A stretch of DNA of 64,000 nucleotides from Candidatus Micrarchaeia archaeon (GCA_038886535.1 JAVZXS010000001.1:64001-128000), one strand, 5' to 3'. Counted from the stretch's first letter, positions 38,808 through 48,996 are shown. A program made the numbers and translations. The notes: a model not told the origin generated them from the sequence alone.

Positions 38808-39521
38808 ATGGCAATACAAATAGGAGATTTCATAAAGTTGAGTTATACAGGAATGCTAGAGGATGGATCAGTATTTGATACTACTGATGAAAAACTTGCG
38901 AAGGAAAAAGGAATTTACAATGAAAGAGTAGTATACGCGCCAGTTCTTTTGATAGTTGGAAGACAACAGGTCATAAGAGGATTGGATGAGGCTTTAGTAG
39001 GGATGGAAAAGGGTGAAGAGAAAGAAGTAACCATTCCTCCTGAGAAGGCATTCGGTCAGATAAACAATGATCTTATAAACGTAATACCATTTTCACACTT
39101 TGAGAAGCAGAGAATCAACCCAGTTCCAGGAATGATTGTAAATGTAAATGGAAGAGACGGAATGGTCAGATCAGTGGGTGCAGGAAGAGTAATAGTTGAC
39201 TTCAATCATCCTTTAGCAGGAAAGACATTGAAATATAAATTAAAGGTAGAAGACATCTTAGACACACCAGAAAAAAGAGTAAATGCATTATTTGAAGATT
39301 CTGGACTTGCTGGTTCTGTCAAGCTTGATAAAGATACTGTGATTGTGGAAACAAAAGCAGATCCTTCTGAGAATTATATATTCAGAAAACAAACATTCCT
39401 TTCCTGGATAAGAGAGATAAATGAGGTAAACAAAATAAAATTCAATGAAGAGTATGAGCTTATATCAAGGAAGCCAGAGGAAGGGCAGAAGACTGAAAAA
39501 ACAAAATCTAAGACAGAGTAG
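38808..39521 (+). CDS. slyD: FKBP-type peptidyl-prolyl isomerase (long archaeal SlyD type)
   Basis: DGSVFDTT, IPPEKAFG, VDFNHPLAGKTL. Confidence 0.95.
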   Translation: MAIQIGDFIKLSYTGMLEDGSVFDTTDEKLAKEKGIYNERVVYAPVLLIVGRQQVIRGLDEALVGMEKGEEKEVTIPPEKAFGQINNDLINVIPFSHFEKQRINPVPGMIVNVNGRDGMVRSVGAGRVIVDFNHPLAGKTLKYKLKVEDILDTPEKRVNALFEDSGLAGSVKLDKDTVIVETKADPSENYIFRKQTFLSWIREINEVNKIKFNEEYELISRKPEEGQKTEKTKSKTE

Positions 39522-39580
39522 ACGATTTCATCAGATGTATAATATTATCGCAAAATATTAAGGTTGATTTTGTTGATTTT

Positions 39581-39886
39581 ATTTCTATAGTTTCAGAATT
39601 TAAAGAATTCCTTAATGAATACAAAGTTATGGGTCTTGCAGTTGCATTCATAATGGGTGGAGCAATAACAACACTAGTGCAATCTCTTATGAACAACATA
39701 ATAATGCCGATTTTCGGTGCGTTTCTTCCAAACGGAGACTGGCAAACTGCAACATTTGCATTAGGTCCAATACAAATCGGATGGGGAGCATTTTTAAGCG
39801 CATTGATAAACTTCATAATAATCGCTTTTTTAATTTTCATGATTGCAAAATATGTCATGAAGGAAGAAAAAGTGACAAAGAAATAA
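39581..39886 (+). CDS. mscL: Large-conductance mechanosensitive channel
   Basis: LAVAFIMGGA..LVQSL..IIMP, WGAFLSALINFII; in-frame upstream SIVSEFKEFLNEYKV suggests a start at ATT 39581 rather than ATG 39629. Confidence 0.88.
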   Translation: MSIVSEFKEFLNEYKVMGLAVAFIMGGAITTLVQSLMNNIIMPIFGAFLPNGDWQTATFALGPIQIGWGAFLSALINFIIIAFLIFMIAKYVMKEEKVTKK

Positions 39887-39929
39887 TATTTTAATATTTT
39901 ACACCATTAAGAATAAAAAAGATGATTTT

Positions 39930-40715
39930 ATGTTGGAATGGATATTTGTTTTGATTGTAATAGGAATTATGTCTATCAAAATAGTTATGCAGTATCAAGA
40001 AGGAGTGGTGTTTAGGTTGGGTAAGTTTGCTAGATCCGCAGGACCTGGCTTGAACTTTGTTATCCCTTTCATAGAGGAGATTAGATATGTTGACAAGAGA
40101 ATCACAACTATAGATATTCCAAAGCAAGAGGTAATGACTAAAGACAATGTTCCATTAGGTGTAAATGGCGTAGTCTTCTATAGAGTTGAGGATTCAAAGA
40201 AAGCAATACTTGAGATAGAGAATTATCATTATGCTATATCTCAATACGCCCAGACTGCATTAAGAGATGTCATAGGTGGAAAAGAACTAGATACAATACT
40301 CACAAACAGAGAGGAGGTTGCAGATGAAATAAAATTAATAGTTGACAAGGAAACAAGCGAGTGGGGCGTAGACATTATAAACATAAAAATTCAAGATATA
40401 GAATTGCCTGCAGATATGAAGAGAGTGATGGCAAAGCAGGCAGAGGCAGAAAGAGACAAGAGAGCAAAGATAATTGAGAGTGAGGCCGAATTCGCAGCAG
40501 CACAGAAGGTATCAGACGCAGCAAGGCTTCTTTCATCAACTCCAGGTGGATTGCATCTTAAAACGCTATTAACTATATCTAACGTTGCATCTTACGATGG
40601 CAATTCCGTAATATTTGTGACACCAATAGAAATACTAGAGGCAATGAAGGGCTTCGCAAAGAAAGATGGATCAAGCGAATCTGATAAAGAAACAAAAGAA
40701 AAAGGTAAGAAATAA
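39930..40715 (+). CDS. SPFH/stomatin (slipin) family protein
   Basis: GVVFRLGK, GPGL, QEVMTKDNV, AQTALRDVIG, QAEAERDKRA. Confidence 0.95.
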   Translation: MLEWIFVLIVIGIMSIKIVMQYQEGVVFRLGKFARSAGPGLNFVIPFIEEIRYVDKRITTIDIPKQEVMTKDNVPLGVNGVVFYRVEDSKKAILEIENYHYAISQYAQTALRDVIGGKELDTILTNREEVADEIKLIVDKETSEWGVDIINIKIQDIELPADMKRVMAKQAEAERDKRAKIIESEAEFAAAQKVSDAARLLSSTPGGLHLKTLLTISNVASYDGNSVIFVTPIEILEAMKGFAKKDGSSESDKETKEKGKK

Positions 40716-40748
40716 TCGATTAAGGTTTTTAATCTCTTTTTTAATTTT

Positions 40749-41666
40749 TTATTTTTTCCAAATGTCCATACTAAGATACCTCTCTCCCCTATCACATAGG
40801 ATTGTAACTATATTCTTTCCTTTCATATCTTTTCTTTTTTGAAGCTCAATACATGCTGCTAAGTTTGCACCTGATGAGATACCACATAAAAGTCCTTCAT
40901 TTCTTGCAAGCTCCGTTGTACTTTTTATTGCATCCTTGCTTCTCACAGTTATTATTTCATCGATAAGATCATAATCAAATATTTTAGGTACAAATCCTTC
41001 ACCTATTCCCTGAATATCGTGATGTCCTATCTTTCCTCCGCTTAAAGCTGCGCATTCTTGTGGTTCAACCGCTATTATCTTTACATCTCTATACTTTTTC
41101 TTCAATACAGATGCGACTCCTCTTATAGTTCCACCAGTTCCAACACCCATAACAAAAACATCTACTTTAAGCTTTTTCCTTTTCATTTCATTTATGATTT
41201 CATTTCCTGTTTTATAATGTGCTTTAAAATTATCTGGATTTTCAAATTGCGATGGAAACCACGCCTTTCCTTTATATTTAATCTTCATTTCTTCAAGTTT
41301 TTTAACTGGTCCAAACATCTCTTCTTTTGCAGGAGTAAGAATAACTCTTCCTCCAAACGCCTCTATCATTTGTCTCCTTTCTTTTGTTACATTTTCAGGC
41401 ATTATTGCAATGAATTCATATCCAAGTGCAGCAGAAACCATTGCAAAAGATATTCCTGTATTTCCAGACGTGGCTTCTATTATTTTCATTCCTTTTTTTA
41501 ACTCTCCTCTTTCTTCCGCCTTGTGAATCATCTCATGTGCAATCCTGTCTTTTAGACTTCCACTTGGATTGAGATATTCAAGTTTTGCATAAATGTTTGA
41601 ACTATTGCTAAATCTTTCAAGTTTCACTATGGGCGTATTTCCTATATTATGAAATATATCAACCAT
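40749..41666 (-). CDS. cysK: Cysteine synthase family PLP enzyme
   Basis: IGNTP, NPSGSLKDR, TSGNTG, GVGTGGT, HDIQGIG. Confidence 0.93.
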   Translation of the reverse strand: MVDIFHNIGNTPIVKLERFSNSSNIYAKLEYLNPSGSLKDRIAHEMIHKAEERGELKKGMKIIEATSGNTGISFAMVSAALGYEFIAIMPENVTKERRQMIEAFGGRVILTPAKEEMFGPVKKLEEMKIKYKGKAWFPSQFENPDNFKAHYKTGNEIINEMKRKKLKVDVFVMGVGTGGTIRGVASVLKKKYRDVKIIAVEPQECAALSGGKIGHHDIQGIGEGFVPKIFDYDLIDEIITVRSKDAIKSTTELARNEGLLCGISSGANLAACIELQKRKDMKGKNIVTILCDRGERYLSMDIWKK

Positions 41667-41754
41667 TCATTTCACCTTTTATTTAAATCATTTTTTGGCC
41701 TTTTATTAATTGTTTTGATGACAGTATTTTAAATTTATTTATCAAATTGAGTTT

Positions 41755-42504
41755 ATGTGTGAGATATGCAGCAAGCTGGATGATGAACATAGAAAAAGAG
41801 TGGATTCTATTTTCTCAAGAATTTCAGAGCGTATAAGTAATTCAAAGGAAAGCCAGGAATTCAAAGGAGTAGCATTTTCAACTCCAAACTTTCCAAAGCT
41901 ATATGGGATTTGGTTTGAACCAAGAATGCAACTTCAACTGCCATCAAATTTTTATCAGTCTGTTCTGGTAGACGGCCAGAAGCTAAGAAGCGATTGGACG
42001 TCTGGATGGTTAAGGGTTCTCTCATTCCATCAAGGTTCACTTTTTCTTCTTGCACATGGCTTTGTAAAGAAAGAAGATAAAGAATACAACTTATTTCTTT
42101 ATCAAGTAGAATTCAAGAAAGATGAGTATAAATCAGTTGTTACCGAAGGAAATAAAATTATTATAACAGTAGAAAACATTCAAAAAGAAGGAATAGATCT
42201 AATAAGTGGAAACCAGGTTTCTCATATGTTTTCATTTTCCTTCATCCACAATCCAACAGAAAAAGCGTTCGTCCCAAGAGAAAGGATCGAAAGCAGCGGT
42301 CTATTCAGATCAGTTTATCAGGGAAAAGTAGCTCCAAAACCGATCACATTTGATTGGTCCAATTATGTTATTACAGTTCCTCATTTCTCGTTTCATTCAA
42401 TCCTTCATCAGCGATACAAAGAATTTGGATTTGCATCTGCAATTGAAATGCAGCATAGAGTTACAGATGTATTAAAAGAGAGTTTATCTAATTTTGAAAA
42501 ATAG
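41755..42504 (+). CDS. Hypothetical protein
   Basis: 249-aa ORF starting MCEIC; stop codon overlaps the 3' end of tRNA-Gln. Confidence 0.7.
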   Translation: MCEICSKLDDEHRKRVDSIFSRISERISNSKESQEFKGVAFSTPNFPKLYGIWFEPRMQLQLPSNFYQSVLVDGQKLRSDWTSGWLRVLSFHQGSLFLLAHGFVKKEDKEYNLFLYQVEFKKDEYKSVVTEGNKIIITVENIQKEGIDLISGNQVSHMFSFSFIHNPTEKAFVPRERIESSGLFRSVYQGKVAPKPITFDWSNYVITVPHFSFHSILHQRYKEFGFASAIEMQHRVTDVLKESLSNFEK

Positions 42505-42574
42505 CCCCGACCGGATTCGAACCGATGTCACGAGGTCCAGAGCCTCGTATCCTTGACCACTAGACGACGGGGCT
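42502..42574 (-). tRNA. tRNA-Gln(CTG)
   Basis: A1-U72 acceptor AGCCCCG/CGGGGCT-A; arm CGAGG-CT-CTG-GA-CCTCG. Confidence 0.97.
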
Positions 42575-42629
42575 AAGTTAATTTAAATAAATCCTATTAA
42601 TAATAAAATAGTGTGCTGATTTAATAAAT

Positions 42630-42776
42630 TTATCTTAAACATGCAGGTTTTGGCCACTGCTTGCTATTCTTGTGATATCTGATGCATTCGCAGCATATTC
42701 CATGTCTCGGGCAGTCTGTTTCTGGACATGGACAATCCTTTTCATTTTCTTCTTTGTTTGGACACGGGCTTCTCAT
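42630..42776 (-). CDS. 48-aa Cys-rich metal-binding miniprotein (DUF6485-like); not in ORF track
   Basis: GGTG SD; MRSPCPNKEENEKDCPCPETDCPRHGICCECIRYHKNSKQWPKPACLR. Confidence 0.85.
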   Translation of the reverse strand: MRSPCPNKEENEKDCPCPETDCPRHGICCECIRYHKNSKQWPKPACLR

Positions 42777-42811
42777 AAAAACACCATTAATTATCCTAAC
42801 AGTATTAAAAA

Positions 42812-44284
42812 TTAATATTGTCTAGCAATATAAACTACATGTTTTGCAGGTTTTCCGCAAACCACACATTTCTTATTTCCAAAAGGCTCTTCAACTTTGC
42901 CTATAAGAGTTCCTCTTACCTTTCCACCTTTTGTTTCATATTGTATCATGTCTCCGCATTCTTTTCCATCAGAATCAATAGAACAGATATTGACTCTTGC
43001 ATATCCCTTATCTTTGTCAAGAATATTCTTAATTTCTTGGATATTTTCTGCATTTTTTATTTTCCCCTCTAATTTAGATATTGATTTCTGCTTTAATCTG
43101 TTTATCATCTGCTCCTTTTCTTCCTCTATAACTTTGATCAGATCTTTATCCTCTATTCTTTTTCTTGTTCTTTCATCTCTTGGAACAAGAGTGACAAATT
43201 TTTCATTAACTTCTTTTTCTCCGATCTCTATTCTGAAAGGCACTCCTCTAAGCTCCCAGTCGGCATATTTGTAACCTGGCGTTTTATCTCTTTCATCTAA
43301 TATTACTTTATATCCTTTCTTTTCTAGTTTCTTTTTAGTGTCTTTACATTTATTAATTATTAATTTATTGTCAATCCCGCTCTTTACTATAGGAACTATC
43401 ACTACATCTACTGGCGCTACAGAAGGAGGAATAACTAATCCTCTATTATCACCATGAATAGATATAATCGCAGCCATTATTCTCCATATTCCAGGCCCAT
43501 AACATGTTTGATAGGCATGGAGTTCGTTGTTATCCTTGTCTTTGAATTTGATATTGAATCCTTTTGCAAAATTCTGTCCAAGATAATGTGTGCTTGCAAT
43601 CTGAAGAGTCTTTCCATCTGGCAGCAGTACATCAGTTGCATAAGTGTGCTCTGCACCAGGGAAAGTATCCCATTTAGGTCTTTGGAAGAACATGCATTCT
43701 ATTCCCAGCTGTTCTTTAATAACCTTTGTTGATATCATCATATCTTTTATTATCTGTTCTCTTGCTTCTTTTTCTGTTGCAAATGCATCATGTGCCTCTA
43801 TCCAAAGAAATTCTCTTCCTCTAAAGAAAGGACTGGTTTCTGCCTCATTTCTAAAGACAGTGCAGCTCTGATACAATTTTATAGGAAGATCGGTATAATC
43901 TCTTATCCATAAAGAGTACATTTGATACATTGCAGTTTCACTTGTTGGTCTAAGCGCAAGCTTTCTGTTTAATTTTTCAGTACCTTTTTCAGTTATCCAA
44001 AATACATTAGGAACAAATCCTTCTGCATGCTCTTTTTCGATTTCAAAGTTCTCTTCAGGAATTACTGTAGGAAAGAGTGTTGGCTCATGACCATCTTTCT
44101 CAAGTTCTGCTTCAAATAAAGCATATAATTTTTTGAATATCCTCATTGCCCATGGCTTATGTACGATGAATCCCTGCACATTGTATCTATTGTCAACCAA
44201 ATCTGCTGCATAAATAACTGTATTATACCATTCACTGAAGTTCCTGTCCTTGTCTTTGTCAAATTCTCTTCCAGCCATTGCCAT
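42812..44284 (-). CDS. proS: Proline--tRNA ligase (archaeal/eukaryotic type)
   Basis: FSEWY, LRPTSET, REFLWIEAH, HYLGQNFA, C-terminal ARQY; start moved to ATG 44284 (GGTG SD). Confidence 0.97.
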   Translation of the reverse strand: MAMAGREFDKDKDRNFSEWYNTVIYAADLVDNRYNVQGFIVHKPWAMRIFKKLYALFEAELEKDGHEPTLFPTVIPEENFEIEKEHAEGFVPNVFWITEKGTEKLNRKLALRPTSETAMYQMYSLWIRDYTDLPIKLYQSCTVFRNEAETSPFFRGREFLWIEAHDAFATEKEAREQIIKDMMISTKVIKEQLGIECMFFQRPKWDTFPGAEHTYATDVLLPDGKTLQIASTHYLGQNFAKGFNIKFKDKDNNELHAYQTCYGPGIWRIMAAIISIHGDNRGLVIPPSVAPVDVVIVPIVKSGIDNKLIINKCKDTKKKLEKKGYKVILDERDKTPGYKYADWELRGVPFRIEIGEKEVNEKFVTLVPRDERTRKRIEDKDLIKVIEEEKEQMINRLKQKSISKLEGKIKNAENIQEIKNILDKDKGYARVNICSIDSDGKECGDMIQYETKGGKVRGTLIGKVEEPFGNKKCVVCGKPAKHVVYIARQY

Positions 44285-44383
44285 GATAACACCTTTAAAA
44301 ACATAAGCATTAATATAATTAGTCAGAGAATATTTAAAAACAGTAATATAATAACCAATTATTTCGAGCAATGCGGTGGTCTT

Positions 44384-45667
44384 ATGGCGTATGAAGGATA
44401 TGTAGATTTGAAATATTCCCCATCCAAAGACGATTTAATATGCAGGTTTTATGTAGAGCCAAGATACGGAGTTTCGTTTGAGAGAGCAGCTAGTACAGTT
44501 GCGGCAGAATCAAGTATAGGAACATGGACAGATGTTCAGACTTCAAAGCCATACGTTAAAAAATTAGCAGCTTATGTTTTTCATTTAGATCCAAATTCAG
44601 GATATATTGATATAGCATATCCATTAGATGCATTTGAACCAAATAACATTCCTCAGATGCTTAGTAGCATTGCAGGAAACATATTTGGAATGAAGGAAGC
44701 AAACAATCTAAGACTTTATGATATAAAAATTCCAAAGAAAATGATGCAATGGTATGATGGACCAATGTTTGGTATACCTGGTGTTAGAAAATTACTCAAG
44801 GTTAAAACAAGACCTCTTCTTGGAACAATAATCAAGCCGAAAATGGGTTTAAATGTCAGGGATCATGCAAAGGTTGCTTATGAGGCATGGGTAGGCGGAT
44901 GTGATATAGTCAAGGATGACGAAAATTTAGCAAGTCAGAAATTCAATAATTTTGAAAAAAGGGTGAAAGAAACATTAAAGTTAAGAGACAAAGCAGAGAA
45001 AGAAACAGGCGAAAAGAAGATATATATGCCAAACATAACTGCTTCTGGAAAAGAAATGGAAAGAAGAGCAAAATTTGTAAAGGATCATGGTGGAGAATAT
45101 GCGATGGTTGATATAATTACTGTTGGGTGGAGCGCTTTGCAAGATTTGAGGGATTCAAATAACAAACTTAATTTAGTAATTCATGAACATAGAGCGGGCC
45201 ATGCTGCAATCACAAGAAATCCAAAGCACGGAATATCTATGCTTACAATAGCGAAACTTACAAGGATGCTTGGGTTTGATCAATTGCATGCAGGGACAAT
45301 AGTTGGAAAGATGGAAGGGGGATTGGAAGAGGTTCAAGATGTTGTAAGTGCGTTAAAAGAAAAGGTAACTCCTCCAAGGGAAAAAACATTCACATTAGGG
45401 CAGGATTGGTATGGTGTTAAACCTTGCTTCCCAGTTGCATCTGGAGGTCTTCATCCATTAATGTTTCCTGTAATTACAAAGTACTTAGGAAAAGACTTAA
45501 TCCTACAAGCTGGAGGAGGAATACATGGACACCCTCAAGGAACAAGAAGAGGAGCAACTGTTGCGAGAGCTGTATTAGAGGCAGTGGATCAAGGAATAGC
45601 GCTTGAGGATTCAAAGGATCCATTAATAAAGGAAGCAATCGAGATCTGGGGCAAACATAAGTTCTAA
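44384..45667 (+). CDS. rbcL: Form III RuBisCO large subunit
   Basis: AAESSIGTW, IKPKMG, GGCDIVKDDE, HRAGH, GKMEG, SGG, QAGGGIHGHP; start moved to ATG 44384. Confidence 0.96.
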   Translation: MAYEGYVDLKYSPSKDDLICRFYVEPRYGVSFERAASTVAAESSIGTWTDVQTSKPYVKKLAAYVFHLDPNSGYIDIAYPLDAFEPNNIPQMLSSIAGNIFGMKEANNLRLYDIKIPKKMMQWYDGPMFGIPGVRKLLKVKTRPLLGTIIKPKMGLNVRDHAKVAYEAWVGGCDIVKDDENLASQKFNNFEKRVKETLKLRDKAEKETGEKKIYMPNITASGKEMERRAKFVKDHGGEYAMVDIITVGWSALQDLRDSNNKLNLVIHEHRAGHAAITRNPKHGISMLTIAKLTRMLGFDQLHAGTIVGKMEGGLEEVQDVVSALKEKVTPPREKTFTLGQDWYGVKPCFPVASGGLHPLMFPVITKYLGKDLILQAGGGIHGHPQGTRRGATVARAVLEAVDQGIALEDSKDPLIKEAIEIWGKHKF

Positions 45668-45754
45668 GATTCTGTTATATATTTTTTGATTTTCAATTCT
45701 TTTATTATTTTTATAATTAGTTAGGTTTATATATTCCTTTTTTGTAGTTTAATT

Positions 45755-47296
45755 ATGGGAGAGATCGGATATAAGAGTCCATACGATGCAGTTGAAGCTT
45801 TCCAGCATAAAATAAATTTAGAATGGCCATTAACAAAGGCATTGATAGAAACAGGAAAGGAGCTTTATAATGAAGGATATTATTTTGTAAGCCATAAATA
45901 CATATTAAAAAACAATCTTCTTGTTTTAAACAGAAGCAATGGCGCCGAATCGAATTTCTTCCTTTTCATAAAAGCAAGAAGTAAGAGTGAACTTGATGTC
46001 TTTTTCAGCAATCCATCAAAAGACAAAAGTGTTAAAAGAGAAGATCTGATTCTTCATCATTCTGTAAAGTCATCAAATAATAAAGATGAAATCATTCAAG
46101 GTATTCGCAAAGTAATTGCAAAAATTAAAGCTTATTCTGAAATGAAGCCATTAAATGAATATTGGGGCAATCTACATTCACATATAGGCACTATTAATGG
46201 AGAAAGAGTCTGGGATGATGGAATAACAGAAGATGAAAACTGGTTCCTTCAATCAATGCTTTGGCATCATGATTTTCATGCATTAACATCACATAATTGG
46301 ACGCATAATGAGGAAAGATTAAAATTTATAGATGAGATGTGCTCTTCTGCAAATATTGTTTTTATTCCTGGTTGGGAAAATACTACAACAGTAAAAGACA
46401 GAGTGAAATCACCCCATATCTTGGTTCTATGTAAGAACATTCAAACAGCAATGAAGGCTAAGTATGAATTTCTCTCAAAGAAATTAGAAGGAAGAGAAGG
46501 CGTGGTGACACCAGTTCTCGTGGGGGTGCCAGGTCCTTATAAAAAACATTTACATTACCTCAAGTCTCTCCATGATAATCTTGAAGCTGCTTTGATTATA
46601 GCTCATCCATCCTCGCAAAATGCAGGAATAGATATATTAGATCCATCTATCTTTGAATTACTAGGAGAAAAAGAAACTCTGGAAATACTTTTCAATTTTG
46701 CAGATGGTATAGAACAATTCAATTTTCATGAAGTAAAATCAGGAATGGCAAGAAATCCAACAATAAGTAAATTTATACCTATAGAAGGAGAGAATAAACA
46801 TCCTCTTTCACATATGGTTGTTAATTACTTTGTAGGCGAACACGGAAAGAAAATAGGTTTGTTAACATTTGCAAACCAAGATGACCATTATCAACCAAAT
46901 ATAGATTCAGGCTTAATAAGTGATTATTCATATGGATACAATTCACTGGTTCTTAAAGTTGAAACATTCAAGCATTTCCAGACGCTTGGAAGGAAATTCA
47001 ATTCAGAAGAATTTATTCATGCTTTAATAAAAAGAAAAATGCCGAATTGCGAAGAGGAAATAGAAATAAAGCCAGTTGCATTTTTAGAAATTAGGGAAAA
47101 TAAAGACATTGATTTTTGGGAGAATAGAAAGAAATCAAATATTGAAAAAATAAAGGAATGGATAAATACACAGCCAGGATATTATTGGAATATAGCTAAG
47201 CTTCAACTTAAATATTGGTTTGGTAACAAGGAGCAGAAGAAAGAAATTATGAATGAATTAGAAAAGGCAAAATCATATAACGAATCTCCTAAATAA
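45755..47296 (+). CDS. PHP-domain metallo-phosphoesterase-like protein with unknown N-terminal domain
   Basis: NLHSH..DDG, LTSHN, PGWE, PHIL, IIAHP, DGIEQFN, QDDH motif order. Confidence 0.7.
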   Translation: MGEIGYKSPYDAVEAFQHKINLEWPLTKALIETGKELYNEGYYFVSHKYILKNNLLVLNRSNGAESNFFLFIKARSKSELDVFFSNPSKDKSVKREDLILHHSVKSSNNKDEIIQGIRKVIAKIKAYSEMKPLNEYWGNLHSHIGTINGERVWDDGITEDENWFLQSMLWHHDFHALTSHNWTHNEERLKFIDEMCSSANIVFIPGWENTTTVKDRVKSPHILVLCKNIQTAMKAKYEFLSKKLEGREGVVTPVLVGVPGPYKKHLHYLKSLHDNLEAALIIAHPSSQNAGIDILDPSIFELLGEKETLEILFNFADGIEQFNFHEVKSGMARNPTISKFIPIEGENKHPLSHMVVNYFVGEHGKKIGLLTFANQDDHYQPNIDSGLISDYSYGYNSLVLKVETFKHFQTLGRKFNSEEFIHALIKRKMPNCEEEIEIKPVAFLEIRENKDIDFWENRKKSNIEKIKEWINTQPGYYWNIAKLQLKYWFGNKEQKKEIMNELEKAKSYNESPK

Positions 47297-47411
47297 TTAA
47301 CAAAGACTACTGATTCAATGATACACATTTAAATCTTATTATTAAAATATAAACATTGTTATTTTAATCTTATATAGTCTATATACTGATTTTAATTCAA
47401 ATGGTGGGAGA

Positions 47412-48809
47412 TTGGATTATCCTGAAACAAGTAGAGAGATAAAGGTACCTACGAATCCAATAGATAAAGTTATAGGTCAAGATGAAGCAATAAAATATGT
47501 AAAGATCGCAGCATCTCAAAAAAGACATATTCTTTTAGTGGGAGCTCCAGGTACTGGAAAAAGCATGATTGCACAGGCAATGGCATCCCTTCTTCCAAAG
47601 CCTAATTATGAAATCTCTGTACTTGATAATCCAGAACATCCAGAAAGACCTATTCTAGAAGTTCGCTCAAGATTTGATATAGAACATGAAAAGAAAATTC
47701 CAAAACCGAAAATAGTAAAACCGGTGGACGTTCCAATTGTAGTAGCTGAAAGATTGGGTCTTAGATGCAAAAGATGTGGTTTTTTAAGCAAACCTGAGAT
47801 ATCCTCATGTCCAAACTGTGGTGCAGACAAATATAAAACTCATACTTCTCCATTTGATGATATTGTTTTCGGTGGTTCAGCTAGAGAAGATAAGGTTTTT
47901 TCTTCAGAATATATAAATGGTGTAGAACAAAAAGTAATGTACGAGTATAAAAAAGGAAACATCTACCTTTATGATGAAGAGGCGTTGGCAGCAAGAGAAC
48001 ATGCTACTGTTCAGAGGAATGTGATAGTTCCTTTAGAGAGATCTCTTTTTGTTCAGGCAACTGGAGCTTCTGAAACAGAGCTTCTCGGTGATGTTAGACA
48101 TGATCCCTATGGAGGGCATAGTGAGATAGGTACAAAGCCATTCAAAAGGGTGGTTCCAGGAGCAGTGCACGAGGCTCATGAAGGAGTTCTTTTTATAGAC
48201 GAACTTTCAAATTTAGGACATCTTCAGAGGTATCTTCTTACCGCAATGCAGGAAAAGAAGTTTCCAATAACAGGTAGGAATCCAACAAGTTCTGGAGCAT
48301 CTGTCAGAGTCGATAATGTTCCATGTGATTTTATTCTTGTCGGTGCGCTTAATTTTGCTGATGTAGGTACATTGCTTCCACCATTGCGTTCAAGGATTCT
48401 TGGAAACGGGTTTGAGGTTTTAATGAACACTGTAATGGAAGATAATGAGAAAAATGTAAAAAAACTCATGCAGTTCATAGCTCAAGAAATAATCGCAGAT
48501 GGAAGGATTCCTCATGCAAGTGCAAAAGCGATCGAAGCAATAATTAATGAAGCAAGAAGAAAAGCAAAGCTTTATGACAACAAGGAAGGATTGACATTAA
48601 GATTAAGAGACCTCTCTGGAATAATCAAGCTTGCAGGTGATTTTGCAGTAATTGACGGAGCTGAATTAATAGAAGAAAAACATGTTGCATTAGCAATAGA
48701 GAAAGCAAAACCAATTGAGCAGCAGATGCAAAAGAAGTATGGTTCAGTATGGAGAAGCAGTGCATCAGATTATGGCATCTCTAAGGCGCCAGATGAACAT
48801 ATATTCTAA
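47412..48809 (+). CDS. LonB-type AAA+ ATPase without protease domain, with zinc-ribbon insertion
   Basis: VIGQDEA, GAPGTGKS, LLGDVRHDPYGG, GVLFIDE, LRSRI; CKRC..CPNC insert; only 465 aa. Confidence 0.85.
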   Translation: MDYPETSREIKVPTNPIDKVIGQDEAIKYVKIAASQKRHILLVGAPGTGKSMIAQAMASLLPKPNYEISVLDNPEHPERPILEVRSRFDIEHEKKIPKPKIVKPVDVPIVVAERLGLRCKRCGFLSKPEISSCPNCGADKYKTHTSPFDDIVFGGSAREDKVFSSEYINGVEQKVMYEYKKGNIYLYDEEALAAREHATVQRNVIVPLERSLFVQATGASETELLGDVRHDPYGGHSEIGTKPFKRVVPGAVHEAHEGVLFIDELSNLGHLQRYLLTAMQEKKFPITGRNPTSSGASVRVDNVPCDFILVGALNFADVGTLLPPLRSRILGNGFEVLMNTVMEDNEKNVKKLMQFIAQEIIADGRIPHASAKAIEAIINEARRKAKLYDNKEGLTLRLRDLSGIIKLAGDFAVIDGAELIEEKHVALAIEKAKPIEQQMQKKYGSVWRSSASDYGISKAPDEHIF

Positions 48810-48923
48810 AAGCATATTATAAAACATTTATATCACAACTAAAATAAGTATAAATAAGATTGTATTCTGGGATTACATTAAAATTAAATATCTTTTCGAC
48901 ATAATAATATTAAATTCTTTTTA

Positions 48924-48996
48924 GGCCCTGTAGTCGAATGGTTAAGACGCCACTCTGACACGGTGGAGATTCGGAGTTCGATTCTCCGCGGGGCCA
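48924..48996 (+). tRNA. tRNA-Val(GAC)
   Basis: Arm CCACT-CT-GAC-AC-GGTGG; body identical to tRNA-Val(TAC) outside the anticodon arm. Confidence 0.97.

Noticed and set aside
44159..44383. Long overlapping N-termini of RuBisCO and ProRS in the ORF track
   Set aside because: SD-supported starts at 44384 (+) and 44284 (-) leave an ordinary divergent promoter region
3666..48996. Near-identical tRNA-Val copies as att sites of an integrated element
   Set aside because: Both are complete isoacceptors (TAC, GAC) in inverted orientation, enclose core genes, and no integrase is present
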